DNA from: Candidatus Eremiobacteria bacterium
GTDB taxonomy: Bacteria; Vulcanimicrobiota; Vulcanimicrobiia; Vulcanimicrobiales; Vulcanimicrobiaceae
Length of the DNA: 64,000 bases
Assembly: GCA_963758295.1 (NCBI GenBank)
Contig: CAVWUU010000004.1
Coordinates: forward strand, 1,088,001-1,152,000
Reading direction: 5' to 3'
Each line of letters starts with the position of its first letter. Positions within the stretch are counted from its first letter, which is position 1. Below, one piece after another: positions 28,470 through 37,381 of this stretch. The notes beneath the pieces were generated by a model. It did no database searches, was not told where the DNA came from, and saw only the letters and a list, made by a program, of their open reading frames with translations. A program made the translations under genes and the position numbers.

Positions 28470-29563
28470 GCGGAAACCTCGTCAAGCACTTCGTTAAACG
28501 CTGATTCGAACGCCCGGCGCATCGGTTCCGTGCCGGCGCTTACCCGAACGAACCGGTCGAGAGGCGGAGCTCCCGGCTTGCGGATCCAAACGCCGCGAAG
28601 CAGCAGCTCGTTCATTACGCGAACCGCGCGAGAAGCGCTTCCGCAGTCGATGCAAACGAAGTTCGTAAACGATTCGATCGCATGCAAGCCCACCTCGCGC
28701 GCGATGCGGTAGTAGTCCTGCCGCGCCCGCGCGGTTTCTTCCACGACGTAGGTATGGAAAGCGGGGTCCCCAAGCGACGCAAGCGCGCCGATTTGCGCGT
28801 TGCGATTCACTCCATATTGCAAACGAATTTTTTGCAACGTCTGAATCACCGTCTCGGAGGCGATGGCGTAGCCGATTCGCGCGCCGGCCATGCCGTAGGC
28901 CTTCGAGAACGTCCGCGCCCGGACGATTCGGTCTTCGATGCGCGCCGGCAGCAACGTCTCGGCGCCGACGAAGTCCGCATACGCCTCGTCCAATAGCACC
29001 AAGACGTCGCCCGGAAGCTCGTCGAGAAATCGCTCGAGGTCCGCGCGCGCCGTGAACGTTCCGCTCGGGTTGTCCGGATTTGCAAGATAGATCAACGACG
29101 GCTTTTCACGTTTCGCCGCGGCGATCATCGCCTCGAGATCCAGCGTACCGTCTTCGCGGTAGTCGACGGTAACGAGCCGTCCGCCGTAGCCGATCACGTG
29201 ATAGTTCAAGGTCGGATACGAGCCGCGCGTTGTAAGGGCCGCGCTTCCCGGAGCGACGTAAGCGCGGACGACCAGGCCCATCAAATCGTCGATGCCGGCG
29301 CCGACGACCAGCTCTTGCGGCAGGCACGAGTGCTTCGCGGCCAGAGCGTCGCGCAAATCCAGTGACTCAGGGTCGCCGTACCACGAAAGATGCGGCATCT
29401 CCGCAACCATGGCTTCCACGGCGCGCGGCGACGGTCCGAACGCGCTTTCGTTTGCACCGAGGCGCACGAGCTGCGTGCGGCCGCTTTCGCGCATCAATTG
29501 CTCGGGGCCGATGAACGGCGTGGTGGGCGGAATCGCTTCGACTGAAGGTGCGGGTCGGATCAC
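28466..29563 (-). CDS. PLP-dependent aminotransferase class I/II (HisC-like)
   Basis: LGANES, NPDNPSG, DEAY and RTFSKAYGMAGARIG motifs. Confidence 0.9.
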   Translation of the reverse strand: MIRPAPSVEAIPPTTPFIGPEQLMRESGRTQLVRLGANESAFGPSPRAVEAMVAEMPHLSWYGDPESLDLRDALAAKHSCLPQELVVGAGIDDLMGLVVRAYVAPGSAALTTRGSYPTLNYHVIGYGGRLVTVDYREDGTLDLEAMIAAAKREKPSLIYLANPDNPSGTFTARADLERFLDELPGDVLVLLDEAYADFVGAETLLPARIEDRIVRARTFSKAYGMAGARIGYAIASETVIQTLQKIRLQYGVNRNAQIGALASLGDPAFHTYVVEETARARQDYYRIAREVGLHAIESFTNFVCIDCGSASRAVRVMNELLLRGVWIRKPGAPPLDRFVRVSAGTEPMRRAFESAFNEVLDEVSA

Positions 29564-29587
29564 CAGATGCTTTCTATTTCGAACGAG

Positions 29588-30814
29588 CTACCGGAAACTG
29601 CGGATTCTAACCGACGTACCCGCGGGCACTTCTTCAAGTTGCGGAGCGATCTCTAAATAGCCGTCCGCGCGGGCCGTCAAACTGACCATCGATGAGCGCA
29701 AGGGTAGGGGATGCGCCACGAAGGCCGCTCCCTCATGCCGGAGCGATACGGGAACGTACCAGGTCCACCCGAGACGGCTCCTCGCGGGAGCATCCAAAAC
29801 TGCATCCACTTCAAACGGGACCTCGGATTGGACACCGGTCATCGCCGCGACGATAGGCGCGGCGATGGCTTCGAGAATCATTAGTGCCGACGCCGGATTA
29901 CCCGGCAGGCCGATGACCGGCTTGCCGCCGGCCGCCGCCAGGACCGTTGGTTTTCCCGGCTTTACCTTCAGGCCATGAACGACGACGCCTGGCGTGCCGA
30001 GCGCCGCGATGGCGCCGGGCGTCCGGTCTCGCTCTCCCACCGAAGAGCCGCCGGTGACGACGACGGCATCGCAGCGGTCGAGCCCGGCGCGTAAGCCCGC
30101 TTCCAGCGCCCCGGGTTCGTCGTTCACCGTCGGCAAGTGGACCGCGGCAGCGCCCATGGCGAGCAGCGTTCCGGCGACGGCATAACGGTTTGAATCGCGG
30201 ATTTGCCCCAGACGCGGATAAGCTGCGACCGCGATCAATTCGTCGCCGCTCGACAGCACGCCGATCGACGGCCTCCGGAAGACGGACACTTCAGCCAAAC
30301 CGAGCGTTGCGAGTACGCCGAGCTCCGGACCGCGTATGCGCCGGCCCGGCTGCAGTACCGGCTCCCCGCCGCGCATGTCGTGCGCGCGCCGATTCACATT
30401 TTCACCCGGCTCCGTCGGCCCGACCGAAACCACTCCGTTGCGTAACTGCGCTTCCTCGATGGGCACCACGGTATCGGCACCCTCGGGAACGACGGCGCCG
30501 GTTGGAATGGCGAGCGCCGTTCCGGAAACGAGCGCCGCAGGCCACGCGCTGCCCATTGCAATCTCGCCGGCGACACGCAAGCTTTGCGCTTCTTTGCGCG
30601 CTGCCAGCGCAAAGCCGTCCATGGCGGAACGCGGCGCATCGGGATAGTCGCGGTCGGCGTGGACACGTCGCGCCAGGACGCGCCCGTGCGCCGCATCAAT
30701 GGAGACCGTTTCAATACCGGGTGCGGCGAGCGTGACGCGCTGAAAAAATGCCGCTATCGCATCTGCGGGCGACAAAAGATTTTCTTCTAAGAAGCCGAAG
30801 CCGCGCTGTTCCAT
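29588..30814 (-). CDS. moeA: Molybdopterin molybdotransferase MoeA
   Basis: SAMDGFA, TGAVVPEGAD, SSGDEL, TGGSSVG, KPGKP and LPGNP motifs; start taken as MEQRGF at 30814. Confidence 0.92.
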   Translation of the reverse strand: MEQRGFGFLEENLLSPADAIAAFFQRVTLAAPGIETVSIDAAHGRVLARRVHADRDYPDAPRSAMDGFALAARKEAQSLRVAGEIAMGSAWPAALVSGTALAIPTGAVVPEGADTVVPIEEAQLRNGVVSVGPTEPGENVNRRAHDMRGGEPVLQPGRRIRGPELGVLATLGLAEVSVFRRPSIGVLSSGDELIAVAAYPRLGQIRDSNRYAVAGTLLAMGAAAVHLPTVNDEPGALEAGLRAGLDRCDAVVVTGGSSVGERDRTPGAIAALGTPGVVVHGLKVKPGKPTVLAAAGGKPVIGLPGNPASALMILEAIAAPIVAAMTGVQSEVPFEVDAVLDAPARSRLGWTWYVPVSLRHEGAAFVAHPLPLRSSMVSLTARADGYLEIAPQLEEVPAGTSVRIRSFR

Positions 30815-32102
30815 GCTCGATATCGTTGCTTTACGTCGCGATCCCGATCGTTTTAGGCACTCCGCCCAACGTCGGGGAATCGACCCGTCTTTTGTCGATG
30901 AAGTTCTGCGTCTCGATACGGAGTACCGCTCGGCGCTAAACGCGGTTGAAACGGCGAAAGCCGAAAAGAACCGGCTCTCGGCAGAAATCGGCAAAGCGCC
31001 GGATAAAGCCGCCGCTGCGCGCGAGTTGAAACCGCAACTCGACGCATTCGCCGCGAAGATCGCCGAACACGAAACGCGCGCAAAAGAGCTGGCGCCGGAT
31101 GCACCCGGATCCCCTCTGCGCGGGCTGCTGGAGAATACGCCGAACGTGCTGGACGATTCGGTCCCCGACGGCAATGATTCCGAGGACAACGTTCAGGTAC
31201 GCGCGTGGGGAGAACCCCGCCGTTTCGATTTCGAGCCGAAACCGCACTGGGAATTGGGCGAAGCGCTCGACATCTTAGATTTCGAGCGCGCGGCCAAACT
31301 TTCGGGTAGCCGTTTCGCGGTCCTGAAAGGGAAAGGCGCGCGCTTGTCGCGTGCAATCGCGCAATTTTTTCTCGACCGCGCCGTCGATCGCGGCTACACG
31401 GAAATCGACCCGCCGTATCTCGTTACGCGCGATACCATGTGGCGCACGGGACAACTTACCAAGTTTTCCGACGCGATGTTCCAAGATCAAGACGCCGATC
31501 TTTTCATGATTCCAACGGCTGAAGTGCCGCTGACCGCGCTGCATGGCGAAGAAATTCTCAGCGCCGCCGAACTGCCGCGGCGATACACGGCGTACTCTCC
31601 GTGTTTTCGTAAAGAAGCCGGCGCGGCCGGAAAAGATACGCGCGGACTCGTGCGCCAGCATCAGTTCGAAAAAGTCGAACTCGTATGGCTCTCGTCGCCC
31701 GAGTCGTCGTTTGACAACTTGGAAACGCTCGCCGGGAATGCCGGGAGTTTACTCGAGGAGTTGGGACTGGCGCATCGCGTGATGCTGCTGTGCGCGGGCG
31801 ACACCGGTTTCAACGCCGCGAAAACTTACGATTTAGAAGTGTGGCTGCCGACGGCGCAAACGTATCGCGAAATCAGTTCCTGTTCCGACTGCACCGACTT
31901 TCAAGCGCGTCGCGCGAACCTGCGATTCCGGCGCGACGCGAAAGCCAAACCGGAGTTCGTGCACACGCTAAACGGCTCGGGGCTCGCGGTGGGGCGAACG
32001 CTCCTCGCAATCATGGAGAATTACCAAGAAGTCGACGGGAGCATTACCGTTCCCCAGGCGCTGCGCCCTTATACCGGCTTCCACCGGATCACTCGGTCTT
32101 AA
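30813..32102 (+). CDS. serS: Serine--tRNA ligase
   Basis: MLDI start, IPTAEVP, CFRKEAGAAG, YDLEVW, EISSCS and HTLNGSG motifs. Confidence 0.98.
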   Translation: MLDIVALRRDPDRFRHSAQRRGIDPSFVDEVLRLDTEYRSALNAVETAKAEKNRLSAEIGKAPDKAAAARELKPQLDAFAAKIAEHETRAKELAPDAPGSPLRGLLENTPNVLDDSVPDGNDSEDNVQVRAWGEPRRFDFEPKPHWELGEALDILDFERAAKLSGSRFAVLKGKGARLSRAIAQFFLDRAVDRGYTEIDPPYLVTRDTMWRTGQLTKFSDAMFQDQDADLFMIPTAEVPLTALHGEEILSAAELPRRYTAYSPCFRKEAGAAGKDTRGLVRQHQFEKVELVWLSSPESSFDNLETLAGNAGSLLEELGLAHRVMLLCAGDTGFNAAKTYDLEVWLPTAQTYREISSCSDCTDFQARRANLRFRRDAKAKPEFVHTLNGSGLAVGRTLLAIMENYQEVDGSITVPQALRPYTGFHRITRS

Positions 32103-32442
32103 GGCGTCCCAACGCGGTGGAAAGCGCGTCGACGGCGTTCGACCGTTCCGGGATCACTTTGCCGGCCGGAAAGAACGCTTCGACGCGAATCACCGTGTGT
32201 GTTTCGTCCACCGGCTCGAACGAACAGCGAATGCGCTCGTTATTGATGAGCCCGAAACCCGCTTCGATCAGCCTGCCGGTCCGGTCGTCAACGTAAACGT
32301 TCGCCCCGAGCGTCCCGTCGATTTCTTTCAGGCATAGCTCGTAGGCGGCGCCGAAGCCGAGCGGAACTTCCACGTTCCGGTGCGGCCGCAGGCCCACGCG
32401 CGACGAGGTTTCCGGACGAAGCCACTTCAGCAAAAACGACAT
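32089..32442 (-). CDS. Hypothetical protein
   Basis: Protein-like ORF starting MSFLLKWLRPE; no recognised motif. Confidence 0.6.
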   Translation of the reverse strand: MSFLLKWLRPETSSRVGLRPHRNVEVPLGFGAAYELCLKEIDGTLGANVYVDDRTGRLIEAGFGLINNERIRCSFEPVDETHTVIRVEAFFPAGKVIPERSNAVDALSTALGRLKTE

Positions 32443-32461
32443 TATTTTAGAATCCACCGTC

Positions 32462-32490
32462 TTGCATCACGAATTCCTTCATGCTATAGT
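32462..32490 (+). promoter_or_regulatory. Sigma70 promoter
   Basis: TTGCAT(32462-32467)-N17-TATAGT(32485-32490), with the extended -10 TG. Confidence 0.85.
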
Positions 32491-32500
32491 CGCCTCTAAC

Positions 32501-32578
32501 ATGTTCGCCCAGCACGCCACCGTTTCGTATTATTACGGCCGCTTCAATCGGAGCCGGCCCGGTGCGCCATTGCCTTAA
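32501..32578 (+). CDS. Attenuator leader peptide MFAQHATVSYYYGRFNRSRPGAPLP
   Basis: 25-codon ORF with tandem TAT TAT TAC at 32528-32536, lying between the promoter and the terminator. Confidence 0.85.
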   Translation: MFAQHATVSYYYGRFNRSRPGAPLP

Positions 32579-32599
32579 GCGAACTCCATCGCCAAATGC

Positions 32600-32633
32600 A
32601 AAAGCCGCCTCGCCGACGCGAGGCGGTTTTTTT
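32600..32633 (+). terminator. Attenuator terminator hairpin
   Basis: AAAA-GCCGCCTCGC-cgac-GCGAGGCGGT-TTTTTT, ending 32 nt before the downstream ATG. Confidence 0.9.
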
Positions 32634-32665
32634 CTTCCCTCAGCTCCAAGAAATCGAGGACTCCA

Positions 32666-33472
32666 ATGCAAAGCGCCCACGCCGTTCAGCCCAGTTCGGA
32701 TCTCGAAGCCTTTAGGCTCGAGGTTGCGCAAACGATCGAAAAGCACCCGATCGTGCGCGAAAACCGCTACACGCGCTGGTTTGCAAACGGAGAAGCGACG
32801 ATCGAACAGCTTCGAGCTTTCACGGTTCAGTTTTCCGTGTTCAGCCATCTCTTCATCGAAGCGCAGCTGCGCAAATGCATTAACGCCGCGAGCATGGAGA
32901 GTTACCGCGCCGGCAAAGAGATTCTCATGAATGAGCTAGGCGTGGTTTTTACGCCGAACGGCAGCATCGAAGGCGGCACGTTCCGATTTCGCGCCGGCCA
33001 CTTTGAATGGCTCGCCGAGTTTGCGGCGACGCTCGGCTTATCGTGGAGCGAGATCGGGAAACGGCGCCACGGCTGGGCGACGACCGTCGGATTCTGCGAC
33101 GCGCTCATGGAGTGGTACGGCTCCGACGACGAGTCCGTCGCGGCCGGCGCATCCTTCGCCATCGAGCACTGGGCCGCAGCCGGATTTTGGAAAGAGCTCA
33201 TAGCCGGCTTGAAACACCTCAAGCACACGCGCATGCCGGACATGCCGCTTGGCTTCTGGACCTGGCACGACGCGCTCGAAGATCAACACGCCGCGCATAC
33301 GGACGATGAATTGGCGGCGGCGTTCGCACGTGAGGACTTTTCCGCCGATCGATTTATCGCCGCCGGGACGGCCATCTTAGACGCCGTCGCGGCTTTCTGG
33401 GACGGCCTTGAGGGTCAGCGCCAGATTTCGCGCACCGTGGTGCTGCGCTCGGCCGCGTCGACGCCGCGATAG
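32666..33472 (+). CDS. Heme-oxygenase-like diiron oxidase/oxygenase (HDO; CADD/PqqC/TenA-like fold), function unknown
   Basis: HP..NRY..F..G N-terminus; ligand-like pattern NELG..GHFEW..AIEHW..FWTWHDALEDQH; GAGGA RBS. Confidence 0.75.
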   Translation: MQSAHAVQPSSDLEAFRLEVAQTIEKHPIVRENRYTRWFANGEATIEQLRAFTVQFSVFSHLFIEAQLRKCINAASMESYRAGKEILMNELGVVFTPNGSIEGGTFRFRAGHFEWLAEFAATLGLSWSEIGKRRHGWATTVGFCDALMEWYGSDDESVAAGASFAIEHWAAAGFWKELIAGLKHLKHTRMPDMPLGFWTWHDALEDQHAAHTDDELAAAFAREDFSADRFIAAGTAILDAVAAFWDGLEGQRQISRTVVLRSAASTPR

Positions 33473-34008
33473 GATTGCATGACGCGATCCATCGCCGGAT
33501 TGGTGACGCCGAACCAAAGATGTTCATTCTTGAAGTGATGCCAGAGGTGGTACTTCTTCATGTACCGGCCCATGGCGGTCTTCGGAACGAACGGCACGTG
33601 CGCAACGTAGTGAACCCACTCGTAAAATGCGAGGCCAAGGAACGTCCCGAAAATCAACGAGAGCGCAATCCCGACGTCGCGTGCGATCGCGAAGTACAAC
33701 GCGAAATACGCGAGCCCGGTCGGAATAACGAACCACCAAGGCAAAAACAGCAGTTCGAGTTTCGGGGGGTCGATGTGATGGTCGTAATGCAGACGATGCT
33801 GCAGCTTGAGAATCCAGTTCGCCTTCGAGGGCCGGGCGTGGAAGAGAAAGCGATGTGTCGAGTACTCCGACGTGAAGAATACGAGCGCCCCGACGAGCGC
33901 AGCGAACGGCGCAAACGGAAAAGCGTGCTCCGCAAAGCTTGCGGCCAGAACTGCGAGCGCGCCGAAAAGCAGCGCGTTGCTGCCATGTCTGAAGAACGCC
34001 GCTATCAC
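33415..34008 (-). CDS. Fatty acid hydroxylase/sterol desaturase family protein
   Basis: His boxes EYSTHRFLFH, HYDHH, EWVHYVAH, YHLWHH and FGVT. Confidence 0.9.
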   Translation of the reverse strand: MIAAFFRHGSNALLFGALAVLAASFAEHAFPFAPFAALVGALVFFTSEYSTHRFLFHARPSKANWILKLQHRLHYDHHIDPPKLELLFLPWWFVIPTGLAYFALYFAIARDVGIALSLIFGTFLGLAFYEWVHYVAHVPFVPKTAMGRYMKKYHLWHHFKNEHLWFGVTNPAMDRVMQSYRGVDAAERSTTVREIWR

Positions 34009-34934
34009 GCCGGCGTCCGGATCAAATCGAGGAGTCCCTGACGGTCTAAGTAGCGGATGTGTCCACGTTCGCGTTTGAGAAGACCGCGAAGCTCGAGCTC
34101 CGCGATCGCGCGTGCGGCAACTTCTTTCACCGTGCCTGCCGCGGCCGCGATTTGCGACTGCGTGAGGTTCGGCAACGGCGCTGTTGCCGGCGCAAGACCC
34201 TTCTCGGCAACGGCGTATTGGACAAGCACGCCGGCAATTCTAGAGAGGATCGGCTGCGTCGATTGCGATGACAGCATTTCGACCAGCAGGCGCGCGCGCT
34301 GCGCACCAATCCGAGCCAGGGAGACGAAGACGTCCGGATGCATTGCTGCCGCGTTCCGAACGGCTTCGTACGGGATGCGAAAGAAACGAGCCGTTTTGCT
34401 GAGCACGATAGTGCGCCCAAGCGTCCGCCCGTTATCGAAAAACTCCGTTTCACCGAAGATCTCACCCGCGGCGATTTCGTAGAAAATCCGATTGCGCGAG
34501 GCGGATCCGGATGCGAGTGCGAGCGTTCCTTCGACGACCATGCCGATCGCGGGCGATTCGGAATTTTCCGGCGCGATCGTATTTCCACGGCGGACCGTGT
34601 GCACCGTCGCCGCGTTCGCCAGCGCGTGCAACGCCAGCTCCGGAAGGTCGCAGAAGACCGGCGACCGGCCTAGCAACGCGGATTGCGAGGTATCGACGCC
34701 CCCTTTCGGGCGCCGCAGAGTTACGTGCCACTCTTCTGCGCCGACGCGATGCGGTGCGAGCAACAACTCACCCTGGCGGCTCTGCTGCAAGCTGGCAGTC
34801 AGTCCACGGGGTTCATTCTCGGTTACGACAGTGAGCATTTCACCGTCGGTGAGGCGATCGAACGCCTCGAAGACGGCGCTCGGGCGATCCCAAACCGGCA
34901 GTCCGCGCAAATCGATACGAGCCATTTGAAGCAT
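34005..34934 (-). CDS. Crp/Fnr regulator with an N-terminal DUF2249-like domain
   Basis: IDLRGLP..RPSAVFEAFDRL..GE..P N-domain, GEIFGE cNMP-like domain, HTH LTQSQIAAAAGTVKEVAARAI. Confidence 0.8.
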   Translation of the reverse strand: MLQMARIDLRGLPVWDRPSAVFEAFDRLTDGEMLTVVTENEPRGLTASLQQSRQGELLLAPHRVGAEEWHVTLRRPKGGVDTSQSALLGRSPVFCDLPELALHALANAATVHTVRRGNTIAPENSESPAIGMVVEGTLALASGSASRNRIFYEIAAGEIFGETEFFDNGRTLGRTIVLSKTARFFRIPYEAVRNAAAMHPDVFVSLARIGAQRARLLVEMLSSQSTQPILSRIAGVLVQYAVAEKGLAPATAPLPNLTQSQIAAAAGTVKEVAARAIAELELRGLLKRERGHIRYLDRQGLLDLIRTPA

Positions 34935-34963
34935 TACGACGATTTCTCGGCCTAATTCTTCCT

Positions 34964-35533
34964 CTACTGCCGCTGTTTCATGGGCGGCGGCAGCTTATCG
35001 GGCGGAACGAGTTCGGCCGGATTTTTCATGGCTTTCCACTTCTTGTCGGGGCCCGGCGGTAGTTTGTCCATGTGCTTGAGGAACAGGGACACTTCCCACA
35101 ACTGCGTGTCACTTAGCGAGTTGCTGAAACTGGGCATGCCGGTAAGACGAATGCCGTGCCTAACCTTCCAATACGTTTCCCCTTCCGGGTCGTCTTCGAC
35201 ACCATGTTTCGGAAGCAACGGCGCTTTCTGGTAAAGCCCGAAGCCGATATTGGAAGGCCGGGCGTCCGAGGCGCCGTGACAAACGATGCAGTTGTCGCCG
35301 TAAATTTTGATGCCGTCTTCAAGCGTCGCATCGTTCAATGCTACGGGAGGCTGCGTTTTCGGCGCTTCACGATCGATCGTTGCGCGCAGCGAGGAGCCCG
35401 CGGCCCAACGTTCGAGTTTTCCGGGCCGGGCGTCGGCGTTTGCCGGGATCAACGTGCCGGTTGTTACGCCGATGTAGGCACCGGCTGCTAGAACCAGCAA
35501 TGTAACGACGATTCCGAGGATAAATCCCTTCAC
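34964..35533 (-). CDS. Membrane-anchored monoheme cytochrome c
   Basis: CIVCH, GIRLTGMPSF, N-terminal TM; GTG at 35533 with GGAGG RBS. Confidence 0.9.
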   Translation of the reverse strand: MKGFILGIVVTLLVLAAGAYIGVTTGTLIPANADARPGKLERWAAGSSLRATIDREAPKTQPPVALNDATLEDGIKIYGDNCIVCHGASDARPSNIGFGLYQKAPLLPKHGVEDDPEGETYWKVRHGIRLTGMPSFSNSLSDTQLWEVSLFLKHMDKLPPGPDKKWKAMKNPAELVPPDKLPPPMKQRQ

Positions 35534-35612
35534 GATTGCTTCCTCCGTGGGCGAGGCAAGATTCACTTTCCGCACAATTGTTCCCGCGCAAACATTTTTC
35601 GAGGCCAGCACT

Positions 35613-36524
35613 ATGACTACCGCAAAAGCGCAGTTTCCCGACGAACAGTCCGCGGACGGCGCGTTCGAGCGCCAGGGCGATGCCTTTCGCGACTGGGTAA
35701 CGGCGGATGGCAGTTCAGGGTTCCCCGCCGAGCCGAACCGTTACCGGCTCTACGTTTCTTACGCGTGTCCGTGGGCGCATCGCACCCTTATCGTTCGGGC
35801 GCTCAAAGGCTTGCAAAAAGCCATCGACGTAGCGGTCATGGATCCGGTTCGCGACGAACGCGGATGGCATCACGGCGATTTTTTCTTGAGCGAGCTTTAT
35901 ACTGCGAGTGATCCGGCCTATGATGCGCGCGTTACGGTTCCCGTTCTCTGGGACACCAAAACCAATAAAATCGTGAGCAACTCCGACGACGACATCATGC
36001 GGATGTTCGAAACGCAGTTTAACGCAGTTGGCAACGATCTCGATCTTTATCCTCTCGAGCATCGCGCCGAGATAGACGCGCTCAACGCGCGGATCTATGA
36101 TAAGGTCAATGACGGCGTTTATAAGGCCGGTTTCGCAACGGAACAGCGGCCTTACGAGCGCGCCGCCTATGCGGTTTTCGAAATGCTCGACGAACTGGAC
36201 GAACGTCTTACCACGCGGCGCTTCCTTTTCGGCGCGCGGCCGCTCGAAACTGATTGGCGTCTCTTCGTAACCTTGATTCGGTTTGACGCGGTTTACGCGG
36301 GCCATTTCAAGTGTAACTTGCGGCGAATCGCCGATTATCTGAATCTTTCCGGCTATTTACGCGACTTGTATCAAATTCCGGGAGTCGCCGAAACGGTCAA
36401 CTTCGATCACATCAAACGCCACTATTACTACACGCACGACGACATCAATCCAACGCGCATCGTGCCGATTGGACCGGAACTCGATTTGATTTCGCCGCCC
36501 AACCGCGAACATCTGTGCGCCTAA
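35613..36524 (+). CDS. Glutathionyl-hydroquinone reductase (YqjG/ECM4-like GST)
   Basis: CPWAHR, TVPVLWD, GVYKAGFA, HFKCN and HIKRHYY motifs. Confidence 0.93.
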   Translation: MTTAKAQFPDEQSADGAFERQGDAFRDWVTADGSSGFPAEPNRYRLYVSYACPWAHRTLIVRALKGLQKAIDVAVMDPVRDERGWHHGDFFLSELYTASDPAYDARVTVPVLWDTKTNKIVSNSDDDIMRMFETQFNAVGNDLDLYPLEHRAEIDALNARIYDKVNDGVYKAGFATEQRPYERAAYAVFEMLDELDERLTTRRFLFGARPLETDWRLFVTLIRFDAVYAGHFKCNLRRIADYLNLSGYLRDLYQIPGVAETVNFDHIKRHYYYTHDDINPTRIVPIGPELDLISPPNREHLCA

Positions 36525-36543
36525 GGCCTTTGCAAACGTCATG

Positions 36544-36578
36544 AAAAAGGCGTCCGCTTGACGGACGCCTTTTCTTTT
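36544..36578. terminator. Bidirectional intrinsic terminator
   Basis: AAAAA-GGCGTCCG-cttga-CGGACGCC-TTTTCTTTT between convergent genes. Confidence 0.88.
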
Positions 36579-36592
36579 CGACGAGATGCGCG

Positions 36593-37267
36593 TTATTGAC
36601 GCGGCGGACGGGCAACCCAGTTCGTCTTCTTATGATGGCGATTGCTGGCGACAACCCCCGGACGGTTAAATTTATTGAGCCAGTCCGAGCCGTTCGGATT
36701 CGAACGGAGCATGTCTTGATTCTGCATCGCAGGCGCCGGAGCGCTGTTGTATTGGGTGTTAGTGGACGGCGCAGGCGCGGTCATCGTACCGGTCGCCGGA
36801 GCAGTCGTCGTATTCGTCGTGTTCGTCGTCGTGGTGCTGTTGCTCGACGGAGTCGTCGTCGTGCCGGTCGCGTTGTTTTGGGTGTCGACGCCGTTCGGGC
36901 TCGCATTCGCGCTTCCGTTCGATCCGGGCTTCGGCAACTCGTGCACGGTGGTGCCGGTGACGGAGGTGCCGGTCCCGGGTTTAGTAACGGTTTGCGTGCT
37001 TTGGCTCGCACCCGCTCCTTCAGTGGTCACAGTTCCGCAATTGCTGTTGGTCCCGGTGCTGCTCGTGGTCGAGCTAGTATCGGTCGAGCCGCTGGAGGTT
37101 TGCGTGCTGGGATTGGTCGCTTGACCGGTACTCGTGGTTCCCTGCGGACACGTTGTTTGCGTGTTCGTGTTTGGCGTCGATTGCTGCGCCAGTCCCGGTG
37201 CCGCCGTCGAAAGCAAGGCGGCAAATCCCAGAAGGGCCATTCCGGACATGACTTTGCTTGATCTCAT
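36593..37267 (-). CDS. Secreted Thr/Ser-rich low-complexity protein
   Basis: Signal peptide ending APGLA, then a T/S/N/G-rich disordered sequence. Confidence 0.7.
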   Translation of the reverse strand: MRSSKVMSGMALLGFAALLSTAAPGLAQQSTPNTNTQTTCPQGTTSTGQATNPSTQTSSGSTDTSSTTSSTGTNSNCGTVTTEGAGASQSTQTVTKPGTGTSVTGTTVHELPKPGSNGSANASPNGVDTQNNATGTTTTPSSNSTTTTNTTNTTTAPATGTMTAPAPSTNTQYNSAPAPAMQNQDMLRSNPNGSDWLNKFNRPGVVASNRHHKKTNWVARPPRQ

Positions 37268-37381
37268 GCTGTGCTGCGCTCCTGATGTGGTGAATGAATA
37301 TGCTCATCACCCGTTACCCGGTTTCGCAAGAAACGCATGAGTAAAGCGTAAGCTTACTGACGCTTTGGGTAGAGTTCGCGC

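Noticed and set aside
30815..31189. N-terminal extension of moeA in the ORF track (similar extensions at 6943, 12328, 15989, 20855, 51169, 54005)
   Set aside because: These overlap neighbouring real genes and lack family similarity, so the starts were reassigned downstream.
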